The position numbers and the translations under genes are program-made. Below the pieces are notes generated by a model that was not told the origin of the DNA, did not search any database, and worked only from the letters and a program-made list of their open reading frames with translations. Below are positions 1 through 10,167 of a stretch of DNA of 42,177 nucleotides, in pieces. The DNA is taken from assembly GCA_028684345.1 (NCBI GenBank), contig JAQUGB010000001.1, positions 1 through 42,177 of the forward strand. The letters run 5' to 3'. Each line of letters starts with the position of its first letter. The stretch's first letter is position 1. The stretch comes from Tepidiphilus sp. Lineage in GTDB: Bacteria > Pseudomonadota > Gammaproteobacteria > Burkholderiales > Rhodocyclaceae.

Positions 1-60
1 CTGGCCGAACTCGACGACGAGTGGATGACCGGCAAGGTCTATCTCAACCTCAACCCGTAA
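1..60 (+). CDS. C-terminal fragment of an IS256-family transposase (gene runs off the left edge)
   Basis: Frame 1 reads LAELDDEWMTGKVYLNLNP-stop, resembling the 'ExxxEWxxGRxYL' C-terminus of IS256 transposases. An IS256-like terminal repeat follows. Confidence 0.7.
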   Translation: MAELDDEWMTGKVYLNLNP

Positions 61-114
61 CCCCGGCGTCATGACCAACACCACGGAAATTTACAGAAAA
101 AAGGTTGCACAACC
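1..114 (+). mobile_element. Right end of an IS256-family insertion sequence; terminal inverted repeat about 86-114
   Basis: GAAATTTACAGAAAAAAGGTTGCACAACC reads GGTTGTGCAACCTTTTTTCTGTAAATTTC inward, matching the IS256-like GG...TGTAAA end pattern. Different coding sequence resumes abruptly at 115. Confidence 0.7.
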
Positions 115-672
115 CGCTACTGCGGCTCCCCAACGGAACTGGCGGCCTACGCCAACGGCCGCCTGGAAAGTGACCCTGACGAGACGCTGCAATTCAGCAG
201 CCTGTACTGTTCACGGCACCGTCCAAAGTTGCCGGATGGTGGGTGGAATCCTGAGCACCAAAGGGCCAGGCGTTCGGCCGCTCAGTTCGACGCGGAGCTG
301 GAGCGTCTCACCCGTCAGGCAGGTAACTGGCGCGAACCGTGCGCCGGGTCAGGCGACTGGCTGGTCGACTGCTACCTTCACCACTACGTGCTCAAGCATC
401 GCCTCCGGTATGGCGATACGTCCGAACTGCGCGATCACGCCAGGCGGATGACAGACGCCCGGCTGACCGACCGAAAGAAGCAAATCGTCATGCTGCTGCG
501 GTACGGCATGAGCCAATCCGATGCCGCCAGCGTCCTTGGCATTCAGCGGCAAGCCGTCTCCAAGGCCAGCGCCAGTATCCCCAGCGTGTTCTGGCAACTT
601 CCCAGCCTTCCCGAATACAGCACCGAGTTCCTGCTGTCAGGCGTGGCACGAAAACCCGCAGCGCCGCGTTGA
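115..672 (+). pseudogene. 5'-truncated LuxR/sigma-region-4-type HTH regulator, interrupted by the IS
   Basis: Frame is open from the IS end (RYCGSPTELAAY...LYCSRHRPKLPDGGWNP...) to TGA at 670-672. The C-terminus has an HTH: LTDRKKQIVMLLRYGMSQSDAASVLGIQRQAVSKA. No ATG/RBS at the junction; the track's TTG at 229 is internal. Confidence 0.6.
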
Positions 673-684
673 GCGCCGCCACGG

Positions 685-1884
685 TTACGGCTTTGGTGCC
701 TTCGTCCACTGGTCGATCATGTCCGCCCAGTCCTGCAACATCTGCCGCCGCTGTTCCCGGTACTCGGCCTTGTTGTAGATGGCCCTGACGCCGCGCTGTT
801 CGTGGGCGAGGCACTTTTCGATCCAGTCGCTGTTGTACCCGGCTTCGTGCAGCAGGGTGCTGGCCGTGCGGCGCAGGTCGTGCGGCCCGAACTTGCCCAG
901 CGGCTTGCCGTCCTTCTGCGCCAGTTGATAGGTCAGCTTCATCACCTGGTTGAGCGTGGCGCTGCTCATGGGCGCACTGGGGTCATAGCGTGACGGCAGG
1001 ACGTATTCCGAACCACCGGCAAAGGTTTTCAGCGCGACCAGCAGGTCCATCGCCTGCCGCGACAGGAACACCAGGTGCGGGTTGCGCCGCTTCATCCTTT
1101 CCTTCGGGATGGTCCACAGGGCCTCGCTGAAGTTGATCTCGCTCCACCTGGCGTTGGTCAGCTCGCTCTTGCGTACCATCGTCAGCAGGAGCAGCTTCAC
1201 GGCGGCGCGGATCGACGGCGACGTGCCGACGCGCTCCAGGTACTGGTACATGAGGCCGATCTCTTCCGGCGTCAGGGCGCGGTCGCGCGGCGCGAACTTC
1301 GCGATGCTGGCCGGGCGGACCAGCTCGGCGGGATTCTCGACCTTCTGCCCACGCTCAATGGCCCACCGATAGACCTGGTACACGATCTCGCGCGCATGGA
1401 CGGCGGTGGCCGGCGCGCCCCGCTCGACGATGGCGTCGGTCAGGGCCCGCAGGTCTTCGTGGGTGATCTCGGTCAGCTTGAGGTTGCCGAACCTGGCCTT
1501 CAGGTCGCGCTCATAGACCGAGCGCCGCATGTCCCGGGTGGAGTCGGCCATCGGGTAGCTGCGAAGCCACTTTTCCGCCCAGGCACCAAACGTCTCGGCG
1601 TCGCGCACCCGGGCCTTCTCCCTGGCTTTCTCCCGGGCCGGAGACTTCCCCGCCGCGATCATCTTCTTGGCTTCGGCCAAGCGTTCCCGGGCCTCGGCCA
1701 GCGTGATCCCGCCCGGCCCGTACCGGCCGAAGGTGATGGTCTCCTGGCGCCCGTTGAGGGCGTAGTTGTAGCGGAACGAAATGGTCCCGGAGGGTGTGAC
1801 GGCCACATACAGGCCGTCCCTGTCCGCCACCTTGTACAGCTTGCCCGTCGGCTTGAGGTTCCGCAGCTTGGTATCGGTCAACAT
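685..1884 (-). CDS. P4-like tyrosine recombinase/integrase with N-terminal arm-binding domain
   Basis: N-terminus MLTDTKLRNLKP...DRDGLY. Catalytic motifs: MVRKSEL (R), HDLRRT (HxxR), LAH, YNKAEY (Tyr). AGGGAG RBS upstream of ATG 1884. Confidence 0.93.
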   Translation of the reverse strand: MLTDTKLRNLKPTGKLYKVADRDGLYVAVTPSGTISFRYNYALNGRQETITFGRYGPGGITLAEARERLAEAKKMIAAGKSPAREKAREKARVRDAETFGAWAEKWLRSYPMADSTRDMRRSVYERDLKARFGNLKLTEITHEDLRALTDAIVERGAPATAVHAREIVYQVYRWAIERGQKVENPAELVRPASIAKFAPRDRALTPEEIGLMYQYLERVGTSPSIRAAVKLLLLTMVRKSELTNARWSEINFSEALWTIPKERMKRRNPHLVFLSRQAMDLLVALKTFAGGSEYVLPSRYDPSAPMSSATLNQVMKLTYQLAQKDGKPLGKFGPHDLRRTASTLLHEAGYNSDWIEKCLAHEQRGVRAIYNKAEYREQRRQMLQDWADMIDQWTKAPKP

Positions 1885-1952
1885 GGCACACACGCTCCCT
1901 TGCAACACCATGCGTCGTGCGCCCTGCTTGGACGAGAGGGAATCCCCTTATA

Positions 1953-1965
1953 AGTCAACAACTTA
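1953..1965 (+). promoter_or_regulatory. IHF-like binding site
   Basis: AGTCAACAACTTA has 1 mismatch to WATCAANNNNTTR. Confidence 0.5.
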
Positions 1966-2066
1966 CAGAGGCGAACCCATGGCACAGCCATCGTGACGCA
2001 CACGCTTCACCGGCCATCAATACCATGCCTGGAAAACCCCACTCGGAACGGAAAAAATTCGTTTTA

Positions 2067-2079
2067 CAGCAACTACTTA
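2067..2079 (+). promoter_or_regulatory. Second IHF-like binding site
   Basis: CAGCAACTACTTA keeps the CAANNNNTTR core and follows an A/T tract. CAACWACTTACA is shared with the 1956-1967 site. Confidence 0.4.
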
Positions 2080-2231
2080 CACGATTCCGATACCATGACC
2101 ACCCGGGAACGAGGCGCATGGCATCGGCGGCGAGGCATGGCACAGGGCCGGTTTCGTGCCATCGACTATGCCATGAAAAATTCGTGCTTGGCCATACCCC
2201 AGGCTGCCAGTCCGTGCCAGGTGGAAAACAC

Positions 2232-2257
2232 AAAAAAGCCCGCAGTGACGCGGGCTT
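2232..2257 (-). terminator. Intrinsic terminator of guaBA
   Basis: Minus strand reads AAGCCCGC-GTCACT-GCGGGCTT-TTTT, about 45 nt after the guaA stop. Confidence 0.8.
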
Positions 2258-2303
2258 AGGTGTGTCTGGTGCCGGATCCTGCCGGCCGCTGCCGGACACG
2301 GAA

Positions 2304-3872
2304 TCATTCCCACTCGATCGTCGCCGGCGGCTTGCCCGAGATGTCGTAGACCACGCGGTTGATACCAGTCACTTCGTTGATGATGCGGTGCGACACCTGG
2401 GCCAAGAGCGCATGCGGCAGTTCCGCCCAATGAGCCGTCATGAAGTCCTGCGTCTGCACCGCGCGCAGCGCGATCACGTACTCGTAGGTGCGGGCATCCC
2501 CCATCACGCCGACGCTGCGCACCGGCAGGAACACGGCAAAAGCCTGGCTCACCTTGTCGTACCAGTCGGCACGGCGCAGCTCGTCGATGAAGATGGCGTC
2601 GGCCTGGCGCAGGATGTCGGCGTATTCGCGCTTCACCTCCCCCAGGATGCGCACCCCCAGCCCCGGTCCGGGGAAAGGGTGACGATAGACCATGTCGTGC
2701 GGCAATCCGAGGGCGATGCCCAGCTCCCGCACCTCGTCCTTGAAGAGTTCGCGCAGCGGCTCGAGGAGCTTCAGGTTCAGCGTCTCGGGCAACCCGCCCA
2801 CGTTGTGGTGGCTCTTGATGCTCGCCGCCTTCTTCGTCTTGCCGCCGGCCGATTCGATCACGTCAGGGTAAATGGTGCCCTGGGCGAGCCAGCGTGCGCG
2901 CGGCAGCTTCGCAGCCTCTTCCTGGAAGACCTCGACGAAGACGCGCCCGATGATGCGCCGCTTCTGCTCCGGATCGGCCACGCCAGCGAGCGCCGAAAGA
3001 AAACGTTCGCTCGCATCGACGTGGATCACCTTCACACCCAGGTTGCGCGCGAAAGTCGCCATCACCTGCTCGGCCTCGTTGAGGCGCAGCAGCCCGTTGT
3101 CGACGAAAACGCAGGTGAGCCGATCGCCGATGGCGCGGTGGATGAGCGCCGCGGCGACCGACGAATCCACGCCGCCGGAGAGCCCCAGGATCACCTCCTC
3201 GTCGCCGACCTGCGCGCGGATGCGGGCGATGGCCTCGCCGATGAAGTCCGGCATGGTCCAGTCGCGTCCGCAGCCGCAGATCTCGTGCACGAAGCGCTCG
3301 AGCATCTCCTTGCCCTTGAGCGTATGCGTCACCTCGGGGTGGAACTGCACGCCGTAGAAACCGCGCGCCTCGTCGGCCATGGCGGCAATCGGGGTGGACT
3401 CGCTGCTGCCGATCACGGTGAAGCCCGGCGGCAGCTCGACCACCTTGTCGCCGTGGCTCATCCACACCTCCAGCACCGCGCGCCCTTCCTCGTCGCGGCG
3501 ATCGGCGAGCGCCCCGAAGAGACGGTTGGGGGCGACGACGCGCACCTGGGCGTAGCCGAATTCGCGCTTGCCGCTCGCCGCCACCTTGCCGCCCAGCTGC
3601 TCGGCCATGGTCTGCATGCCGTAGCAGATGCCCAGCACCGGCACCCCCAGGCGGAAGACAATCTCGGGCGCGCGCCAATCGAGCGCCGCGTAGGCCGAAT
3701 TCGGCCCCCCCGAGAGGATGATGCCCTTGGGCGCTAAGGCGCGGATGAAGTCCTCGCCCACGTCGAAGGGATGGATCTCGCAGTAGACCTGCGCCTCGCG
3801 CACGCGTCGGGCGATGAGCTGGGTGAGCTGCGAGCCGAAATCCAGGATCAGGATCTTGTCGTGTCGGGTCAT
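2304..3872 (-). CDS. guaA: GMP synthase (glutamine-hydrolysing)
   Basis: Motifs [33 protein letters not shown] and C-terminal KPPATIEWE. Confidence 0.99.
   Translation of the reverse strand: MTRHDKILILDFGSQLTQLIARRVREAQVYCEIHPFDVGEDFIRALAPKGIILSGGPNSAYAALDWRAPEIVFRLGVPVLGICYGMQTMAEQLGGKVAASGKREFGYAQVRVVAPNRLFGALADRRDEEGRAVLEVWMSHGDKVVELPPGFTVIGSSESTPIAAMADEARGFYGVQFHPEVTHTLKGKEMLERFVHEICGCGRDWTMPDFIGEAIARIRAQVGDEEVILGLSGGVDSSVAAALIHRAIGDRLTCVFVDNGLLRLNEAEQVMATFARNLGVKVIHVDASERFLSALAGVADPEQKRRIIGRVFVEVFQEEAAKLPRARWLAQGTIYPDVIESAGGKTKKAASIKSHHNVGGLPETLNLKLLEPLRELFKDEVRELGIALGLPHDMVYRHPFPGPGLGVRILGEVKREYADILRQADAIFIDELRRADWYDKVSQAFAVFLPVRSVGVMGDARTYEYVIALRAVQTQDFMTAHWAELPHALLAQVSHRIINEVTGINRVVYDISGKPPATIEWE
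2308..2315 (-). other. Attachment-site core GAGTGGGA in the guaA 3' end
   Basis: Minus strand ATC-GAG-TGG-GAA-TGA. GAGTGGGA is the known core of guaA-targeting islands, and an integrase is adjacent. Confidence 0.65.
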
Positions 3873-3876
3873 GGGA

Positions 3877-5382
<1,506 letters not shown>

Positions 5383-5700
5383 TCAGGGAGCCTTGCGCTC
5401 CTCGGGGTTTTTGTCGCGAGACGTTCGGGCGCGGCGCCGGCGCACCGCTTTCGGATCGGCGATGAGCGGCCGAGTGAGTTCCAGTCGGTCGCCGTCGGCG
5501 AGCGGCGTCTCCGGCGGCACGAGCCGACCGTAGAGGCTGCAGGCGCGCTCCCAGTCTCGCTGCAATGCCGGATGGCGTTCGAGCACCTCCGAGCGCAGCA
5601 CGGCATCGCGCACCGTCGCCCCTTCGGGCAACACGAGCGACACGCGCTCGATCACCCCCGGAGCCGGAGCGGAGACGAGCTCGACGCGCAGCTCAAGCAT
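5383..5700 (-). CDS. ratB: RnfH/RatB ubiquitin-like protein
   Basis: GATVRDAV...DGDRLELTRPLIADPKAVRRRRA; overlaps the ratA stop. Confidence 0.85.
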   Translation of the reverse strand: MLELRVELVSAPAPGVIERVSLVLPEGATVRDAVLRSEVLERHPALQRDWERACSLYGRLVPPETPLADGDRLELTRPLIADPKAVRRRRARTSRDKNPEERKAP

Positions 5701-6136
5701 CAAGCGCCCCCTTCATCTGACGGGCCCGGCGCACGAAGGCATCGATGAAGGTGGCCGCGATGCGGTTGAATACCGGCCCCAACACTTTCTCCAGCACGCG
5801 CGAAGAGAATTCATAGGCGAGATCGAACTCCACGCGGCACGCCGCCTCGTCCAGCGGCACGAAGCGCCACTCCCCTTCCAGGCGGCGAAAAGGTCCCTCC
5901 TTGAGACGGATGCGCATGCGATGAGGGAATTCCTTGTCGTTGACCGTGGTAAAGTGGGTCTTGATGCCGTGGAAATCGACGTGCAGCGTCGCCTCGGTCA
6001 CCGCATCCGTGCGCCGGTGCAGCTCGACCCCGCCACACCAAGGCAGGAACTTGGGGTAGTCCTCACAGCGGTCGACGAGTTCGAACATCGTCTCCGCCGG
6101 GGAGTCGATCAATACGCGCTTGTGAACTTCGGCCAT
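5693..6136 (-). CDS. ratA: RatA/PasT (Coq10/START-family) protein
   Basis: [39 protein letters not shown]; divergent from smpB as usual. Confidence 0.92.
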   Translation of the reverse strand: MAEVHKRVLIDSPAETMFELVDRCEDYPKFLPWCGGVELHRRTDAVTEATLHVDFHGIKTHFTTVNDKEFPHRMRIRLKEGPFRRLEGEWRFVPLDEAACRVEFDLAYEFSSRVLEKVLGPVFNRIAATFIDAFVRRARQMKGALDA

Positions 6137-6162
6137 CCATGTCCTTTCGCCGGCTGCTCACC

Positions 6163-6180
6163 TATAATTGGCCGATTCTA
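6163..6180. promoter_or_regulatory. Divergent -10 elements for smpB (TATAAT, +, 6163-6168) and ratA (TAGAAT, -, 6175-6180)
   Basis: Consensus-like hexamers in the 71-bp divergent gap. Confidence 0.45.
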
Positions 6181-6207
6181 CCCCAGCATTTCACCGGAAA
6201 GCGGCTC

Positions 6208-6654
6208 ATGAGCATCGTCGAAAACCGCAAGGCACGCCACGACTACTTCATCGAGGAGACGTTCGAGGCCGGCATCGAGCTGCAGGGCTGGGAAGTCAAG
6301 GCGATCCGCGCCGGCCGCGTAAACCTCAAAGAGGCCTACGTGATCGTCAAAGACGGCGAGATCTTCCTGCTCGGCATGCACGTCACACCGCTGGCGAGTG
6401 CCTCGACCCACGTCCACCCCGACCCCACGCGCACCCGCAAACTGCTGCTGCACCGGCGCGAGATCGATCGCCTCGTCGGCCAGGTAGAACGCGCAGGCTA
6501 TACGCTCGTACCCCTCGATCTGCACTTCTCCCGCGGCCGCATCAAAACGACGATCGGTCTGGCCAAGGGCAAGAAACTGCACGACAAACGGGAGGCCGAG
6601 AAAGAACGTGACTGGCAGCGCGAGAAGGCACGCCTGATGCGCGAGAAGCGCTGA
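6208..6654 (+). CDS. smpB: SsrA-binding protein
   Basis: [41 protein letters not shown]; ATG at 6208. Confidence 0.98.
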   Translation: MSIVENRKARHDYFIEETFEAGIELQGWEVKAIRAGRVNLKEAYVIVKDGEIFLLGMHVTPLASASTHVHPDPTRTRKLLLHRREIDRLVGQVERAGYTLVPLDLHFSRGRIKTTIGLAKGKKLHDKREAEKERDWQREKARLMREKR

Positions 6655-6869
6655 GGATCACGGACGCCACGAAAACCGCTACGCGCGTTTGCCGAGCAAG
6701 GCGCCCGAGGCACGGAACGCAAGACAAATCACAAAGATGGCCGAGCAGCCGAACCCGCATAACGACGCGATCGGACCGCACGACGTACGATTCACCGGCG
6801 CCGATACGAATGCCCCTTCGGGCTTGCCGTATAATCGCCGCCATAAGATACCATGACGGAGCACACCCA

Positions 6870-7661
6870 ATGGGCTTTCTCACCGGCAAAAAGATCCTCA
6901 TTACGGGGATGATGAGCAACCGTTCGATCGCCTATGGCATCGCCAAAGCGATGCACCGCGAAGGTGCCATCCTTGCCTTCACCTACCAGAACGAACGCTT
7001 CGAGGAACGTATCCGCAAGATGGCGTCTGAATTCGGCTCGGAGCTCGTCTTCCCGCTCGACGTCACCGACGATGCGCAAATCGAAGGGCTGTTTACGGCG
7101 ATCAGTCAATACTGGGACGGCCTCGACGGCCTGGTGCACTCCATCGCCTACGCCCCCACCGAAGCGCTCGATGGCGATTTCCTCGATGGGTTCACCCGTG
7201 AAGCCTTTCGCATCTCTCAGGAAGTGAGCGCGGCGAGCTTTCCCTTGCTCGCCAAAGCCGCCAGGCCGATGATGCGGGGACGAAACGGGTCGCTCCTCAC
7301 CCTCACCTACCTTGGCGCCGTGCGCACCATGCCCAACTACAACATCATGGGCCTGGCGAAGGCGAGCCTGGAAGCGGCCGTGCGCTACATGGCTGCCTGC
7401 CTCGGGCCCGAAGGCACGCGCGTCAATGCCGTCTCGGCCGGCCCCATCAAAACGGTGGCCGCCTCTGGCATCGGCAGTTTCGGCAAACTGCTGCGCTTCA
7501 ACGAGCACAATGCCCCGCTGCGGCGCAACGTCACCATCGAAGAGGTGGGCAATGCCGCCGCCTTCCTCTGCTCGGATCTGGCAAGCGGCATCACCGGCGA
7601 GATTCTCTACGTCGACGGGGGGTTCAACACCACTGCGCTCGGCAACCCCGAACAGGAGTAA
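6870..7661 (+). CDS. fabI: Enoyl-ACP reductase
   Basis: [45 protein letters not shown] at 6830-6835 upstream. Confidence 0.97.
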   Translation: MGFLTGKKILITGMMSNRSIAYGIAKAMHREGAILAFTYQNERFEERIRKMASEFGSELVFPLDVTDDAQIEGLFTAISQYWDGLDGLVHSIAYAPTEALDGDFLDGFTREAFRISQEVSAASFPLLAKAARPMMRGRNGSLLTLTYLGAVRTMPNYNIMGLAKASLEAAVRYMAACLGPEGTRVNAVSAGPIKTVAASGIGSFGKLLRFNEHNAPLRRNVTIEEVGNAAAFLCSDLASGITGEILYVDGGFNTTALGNPEQE

Positions 7662-7705
7662 ACCGGCAATGAGCTTCTGCTGCGCCGGGCCTTACCAGCG
7701 CAGGG

Positions 7706-9295
7706 TCATTGTACCGTCGTGAGTGCCTGCAGCGCCTCACGGCGGATCACTACGGGGTGGCGCGCTTCCAGCGTCCTCAGCCAGGCGCGCCACTCGACGT
7801 TACCTACCACCGAGCGGATGCGCTCACCGGCAAAACGCACCATGGGGTCGTCTGCCTGTAATTGCGGACGCCGCGCTCCCTCGATCCGTACGAACCAATG
7901 ATCACCGTTCTCGGCCTCCCAAGCAAGGTAACGGGGCCAAGGCGCAACGGCCCTGAAAACCTCATCGACGAGCTCGGGAGGCAACACGCTGGAAGCCCGG
8001 GTCACACTACGCGCGAGCTGCCAGGACAGCTCGGGGAGCACTTCGCCCTGCGTCAGCCGATCCAGCCATAGCGGCGCCAGCTCGCGCAGCCGCTCTCGTC
8101 CTTTTTCTCGCGCCAAATCCTGGGCCACTCGCTCGCGCGCCTCGTCGAACGTCATCTGCCTCGGCGGAACGTATTCGGCCACCCGCACTGCGGCGAGCTT
8201 GCCCGGCGCGAGTTCGATCGGATCGAGATTCTGTCCTTCCTTCGCTTGCGTTTCCTGAAGGGCCGCGATGAGTTTGTCGCTCTTCACGCCAGCGATTTCG
8301 ACTTCCTGCAGAGGAACGAGCCCCGTCTCGTGGATCTCCAGACCAAAACGTTCGGCCACCGGATCGAGCCGGTCGATCGCCTCGAACACGGCGTTACCCA
8401 GCTCCTCGTGCAGCTCCCCGTAGCGTACCCTCGCCTGGCGAGCGCGCCAGGAATCGGCCAACACCTCTCGCACGTCCGCGAAAGCCCGTAGTTGCTGGGT
8501 AGCCGGATCGCGAAACAGCTCTGGCGCCTGCTCATAGAGGGAGCGCAAGTCGGACTCGCTCGGCGTCAGCGACCGTCCGATCTCCGCCTCATCGACGAGC
8601 AGGTATTGCAACCGGACCTTGGCCGGCTCGACGTAGCGAGAGGCATTCGCCTCGTAGTAGGCGCGCAATTCATCCTCCGACAGGAGCGCGGGATCGGCTT
8701 CGCCCGCCGCCGGGCGCACCGCCACGCGCACTTCACGCTCTTCGAGCTGCTGTGCCATCAATTGCAGCATTTGTTCGCGCGGGACGATGGCCCCCTGCGC
8801 GATCGGCTCCACCAGACGCTGGACCGCGAGATCCTGCGCGAGCATCGCCTCGAACGCCTTGGGGGTCAGCCCCTGCGCTCGTAACACCGTCTCGTAGCGC
8901 GTGTAGGAAAATTGACCGTCCTGCTGAAACACATTGAAGGATGCGATCGCGCGCTGCAAGGTCTCGGGCGTCACCACCACCCGCGCCCGGGCCGCCTCGG
9001 CCTGGATCAGACGGCGTTCGATGAGCTCGCGCAGTATCATCTCGACGAAGGCGGGGTCGCGCGCGATACGCACGTCGAAGTTCTCGCCGAACTGCTGACG
9101 CAATTGCGCCGTACGCTCTTCCAGCGCGCGCTGCAATTCGATCACGGTCACGGCCGCATCCCCCACCTTGGCCACCTCCAGACGACTGGGCCCGCTGGAG
9201 AAATAGTGTTCGACCCCAAAGAAGGCAAAGGGCAGGATTAACAACAGCAGGATGCCTTGGGCGATGCGTTTCTTCTTGCGAATGACCTCGAACAT
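7706..9295 (-). CDS. ppiD: PpiD-like membrane-anchored periplasmic chaperone (SurA-N domain), short form
   Basis: MFEVIRKKKRIAQGILLLLILPFAFFG anchor, VAKVG, FQQDGQFSYTRY, RAYYEAN...EP; 529 aa. Confidence 0.8.
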   Translation of the reverse strand: MFEVIRKKKRIAQGILLLLILPFAFFGVEHYFSSGPSRLEVAKVGDAAVTVIELQRALEERTAQLRQQFGENFDVRIARDPAFVEMILRELIERRLIQAEAARARVVVTPETLQRAIASFNVFQQDGQFSYTRYETVLRAQGLTPKAFEAMLAQDLAVQRLVEPIAQGAIVPREQMLQLMAQQLEEREVRVAVRPAAGEADPALLSEDELRAYYEANASRYVEPAKVRLQYLLVDEAEIGRSLTPSESDLRSLYEQAPELFRDPATQQLRAFADVREVLADSWRARQARVRYGELHEELGNAVFEAIDRLDPVAERFGLEIHETGLVPLQEVEIAGVKSDKLIAALQETQAKEGQNLDPIELAPGKLAAVRVAEYVPPRQMTFDEARERVAQDLAREKGRERLRELAPLWLDRLTQGEVLPELSWQLARSVTRASSVLPPELVDEVFRAVAPWPRYLAWEAENGDHWFVRIEGARRPQLQADDPMVRFAGERIRSVVGNVEWRAWLRTLEARHPVVIRREALQALTTVQ

Positions 9296-9451
9296 GGAAC
9301 CGGTTTCCTTTCCGATGGGCGCAGGACGGCCGTACCTTCCTGCAACGAAAGGGCGATTATCGCATCAAACCCCGGGTGAGCGGGGGTAGCGCGGGCTGGG
9401 CTATAATCGCTTTTCCTACCCGAGGCTGGAACAATATTTTGCGGGCCATCC

Positions 9452-9784
9452 ATGAAACCCCATGCGCATAATTTCGTGATCGTCGGGCTCACCTCCGAAG
9501 GGAAACGGTTCCGTCCCAGCGACTGGGCCGAACGCCTGTGCGGCATCATGTCGCAGTTCGGCACCGACCACAAGATGCGCTATTCCCCCTACGTCCAGCC
9601 CGGCCCCGACGAGAACGGCGCCAAGACCGTACGGGTCGACGCCCGTCTCTACGACATCGAACCGCTCGCCTACCACTTCTTGCTCAATTTTGCCAAAGAC
9701 AACGACCTTCAACTGAGATTCCTCGACGGAGAGCCCTCGATCCTCTGCGGCGGCGAGCAGAAAAACGAAAAAGGCAGCCCTTGA
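9452..9784 (+). CDS. DUF3579 family protein
   Basis: GLTSEGKRFRPSDWAERLCG, YSPYV, FAKDNDL; typical neighbour of rpsT in Betaproteobacteria. Confidence 0.88.
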   Translation: MKPHAHNFVIVGLTSEGKRFRPSDWAERLCGIMSQFGTDHKMRYSPYVQPGPDENGAKTVRVDARLYDIEPLAYHFLLNFAKDNDLQLRFLDGEPSILCGGEQKNEKGSP

Positions 9785-9794
9785 GCTGCCTTCT
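9761..9794 (-). terminator. Intrinsic terminator after rpsT (possibly bidirectional)
   Basis: AAGGCAGC/GCTGCCTT stem followed by TTTCGTTTTT on the minus strand; overlaps the DUF3579 stop. Confidence 0.7.
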
Positions 9795-9831
9795 GCGCAC
9801 CGATACGAGCAACCCCCTGCCGGGCGACACC

Positions 9832-10095
9832 TCAGCCGAGCGCCTTGATCCGCGCCATCAGCCGACTCTTGTAGCGTGCGGCGGCATTCTTGTGAATGAT
9901 GCCCTTGCCGGCCATCGAATCGATCACGCCCTGAGAGGACTGGAAAGCGGCGAGCGCTTGTTGCTTGTCGCCAGCGGAAAGCGCCTGCCGAACCGATTTG
10001 ATCGCGGTGCGCAGACGCGAGCGCAGACTGCGGTTGTGCGCGCGGCGATTGAGCGCCTGACGAGCGCGCTTGCGAGCTTGAGCCGTGTTGGCCAT
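9832..10095 (-). CDS. rpsT: 30S ribosomal protein S20
   Basis: [13 protein letters not shown]...[16 protein letters not shown]. Confidence 0.98.
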   Translation of the reverse strand: MANTAQARKRARQALNRRAHNRSLRSRLRTAIKSVRQALSAGDKQQALAAFQSSQGVIDSMAGKGIIHKNAAARYKSRLMARIKALG

Positions 10096-10130
10096 GTCCT
10101 TCAACCCCGAAATACTTGGAAGAAACTATA

Positions 10131-10159
10131 ATTTTAGCCTTTCCGCCATTCCGATGCAA
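10131..10159 (-). promoter_or_regulatory. Sigma70 promoter of rpsT
   Basis: TTGCAT-17 bp-TAAAAT on the minus strand. Confidence 0.6.
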
Positions 10160-10167
10160 CCAACACG

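Larger units (their letters stand above)
1882..2175. repeat. Cluster of TRCCATG heptamers (putative integrase arm-binding sites)
   Basis: Exact copies at 1882(-), 1978(-), 2021(+), 2091(+), 2117(-), 2136(-) and 2169(+). Near copies at 1906 and 2157. Confidence 0.6.
1..2315. mobile_element. Edge of a guaA-integrated genomic island or integrative element (extends beyond the left edge)
   Basis: Integrase lies directly downstream of guaA in the same orientation, with the att core in the last guaA codons and IS/regulator cargo beyond it. Confidence 0.8.

Noticed and set aside
105-135. Outward-facing TTGCAC -35 in the IS end forming a hybrid promoter
   Set aside because: There is no plausible -10 hexamer 16-18 bp downstream.
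1-672. The transposase tail and regulator remnant are in the same frame, separated only by TAA and 18 sense codons (possible read-through fusion)
   Set aside because: In-frame insertion has a 1-in-3 chance, and TAA has no read-through context.
5383-6136. ratAB as a toxin-antitoxin system
   Set aside because: This is a core conserved locus beside smpB. RatA is a Coq10-like respiration protein, so nothing here is novel.
6847-6857. GATACCATGAC, identical to 2089-2099 in the att arm
   Set aside because: A single isolated 11-mer match is compatible with chance, and there is no core site nearby.
6655-6869. tmRNA (ssrA) next to smpB
   Set aside because: The gap is too short and has no tmRNA-like 5' end, TTCGA...CCACCA 3' end or tag peptide.
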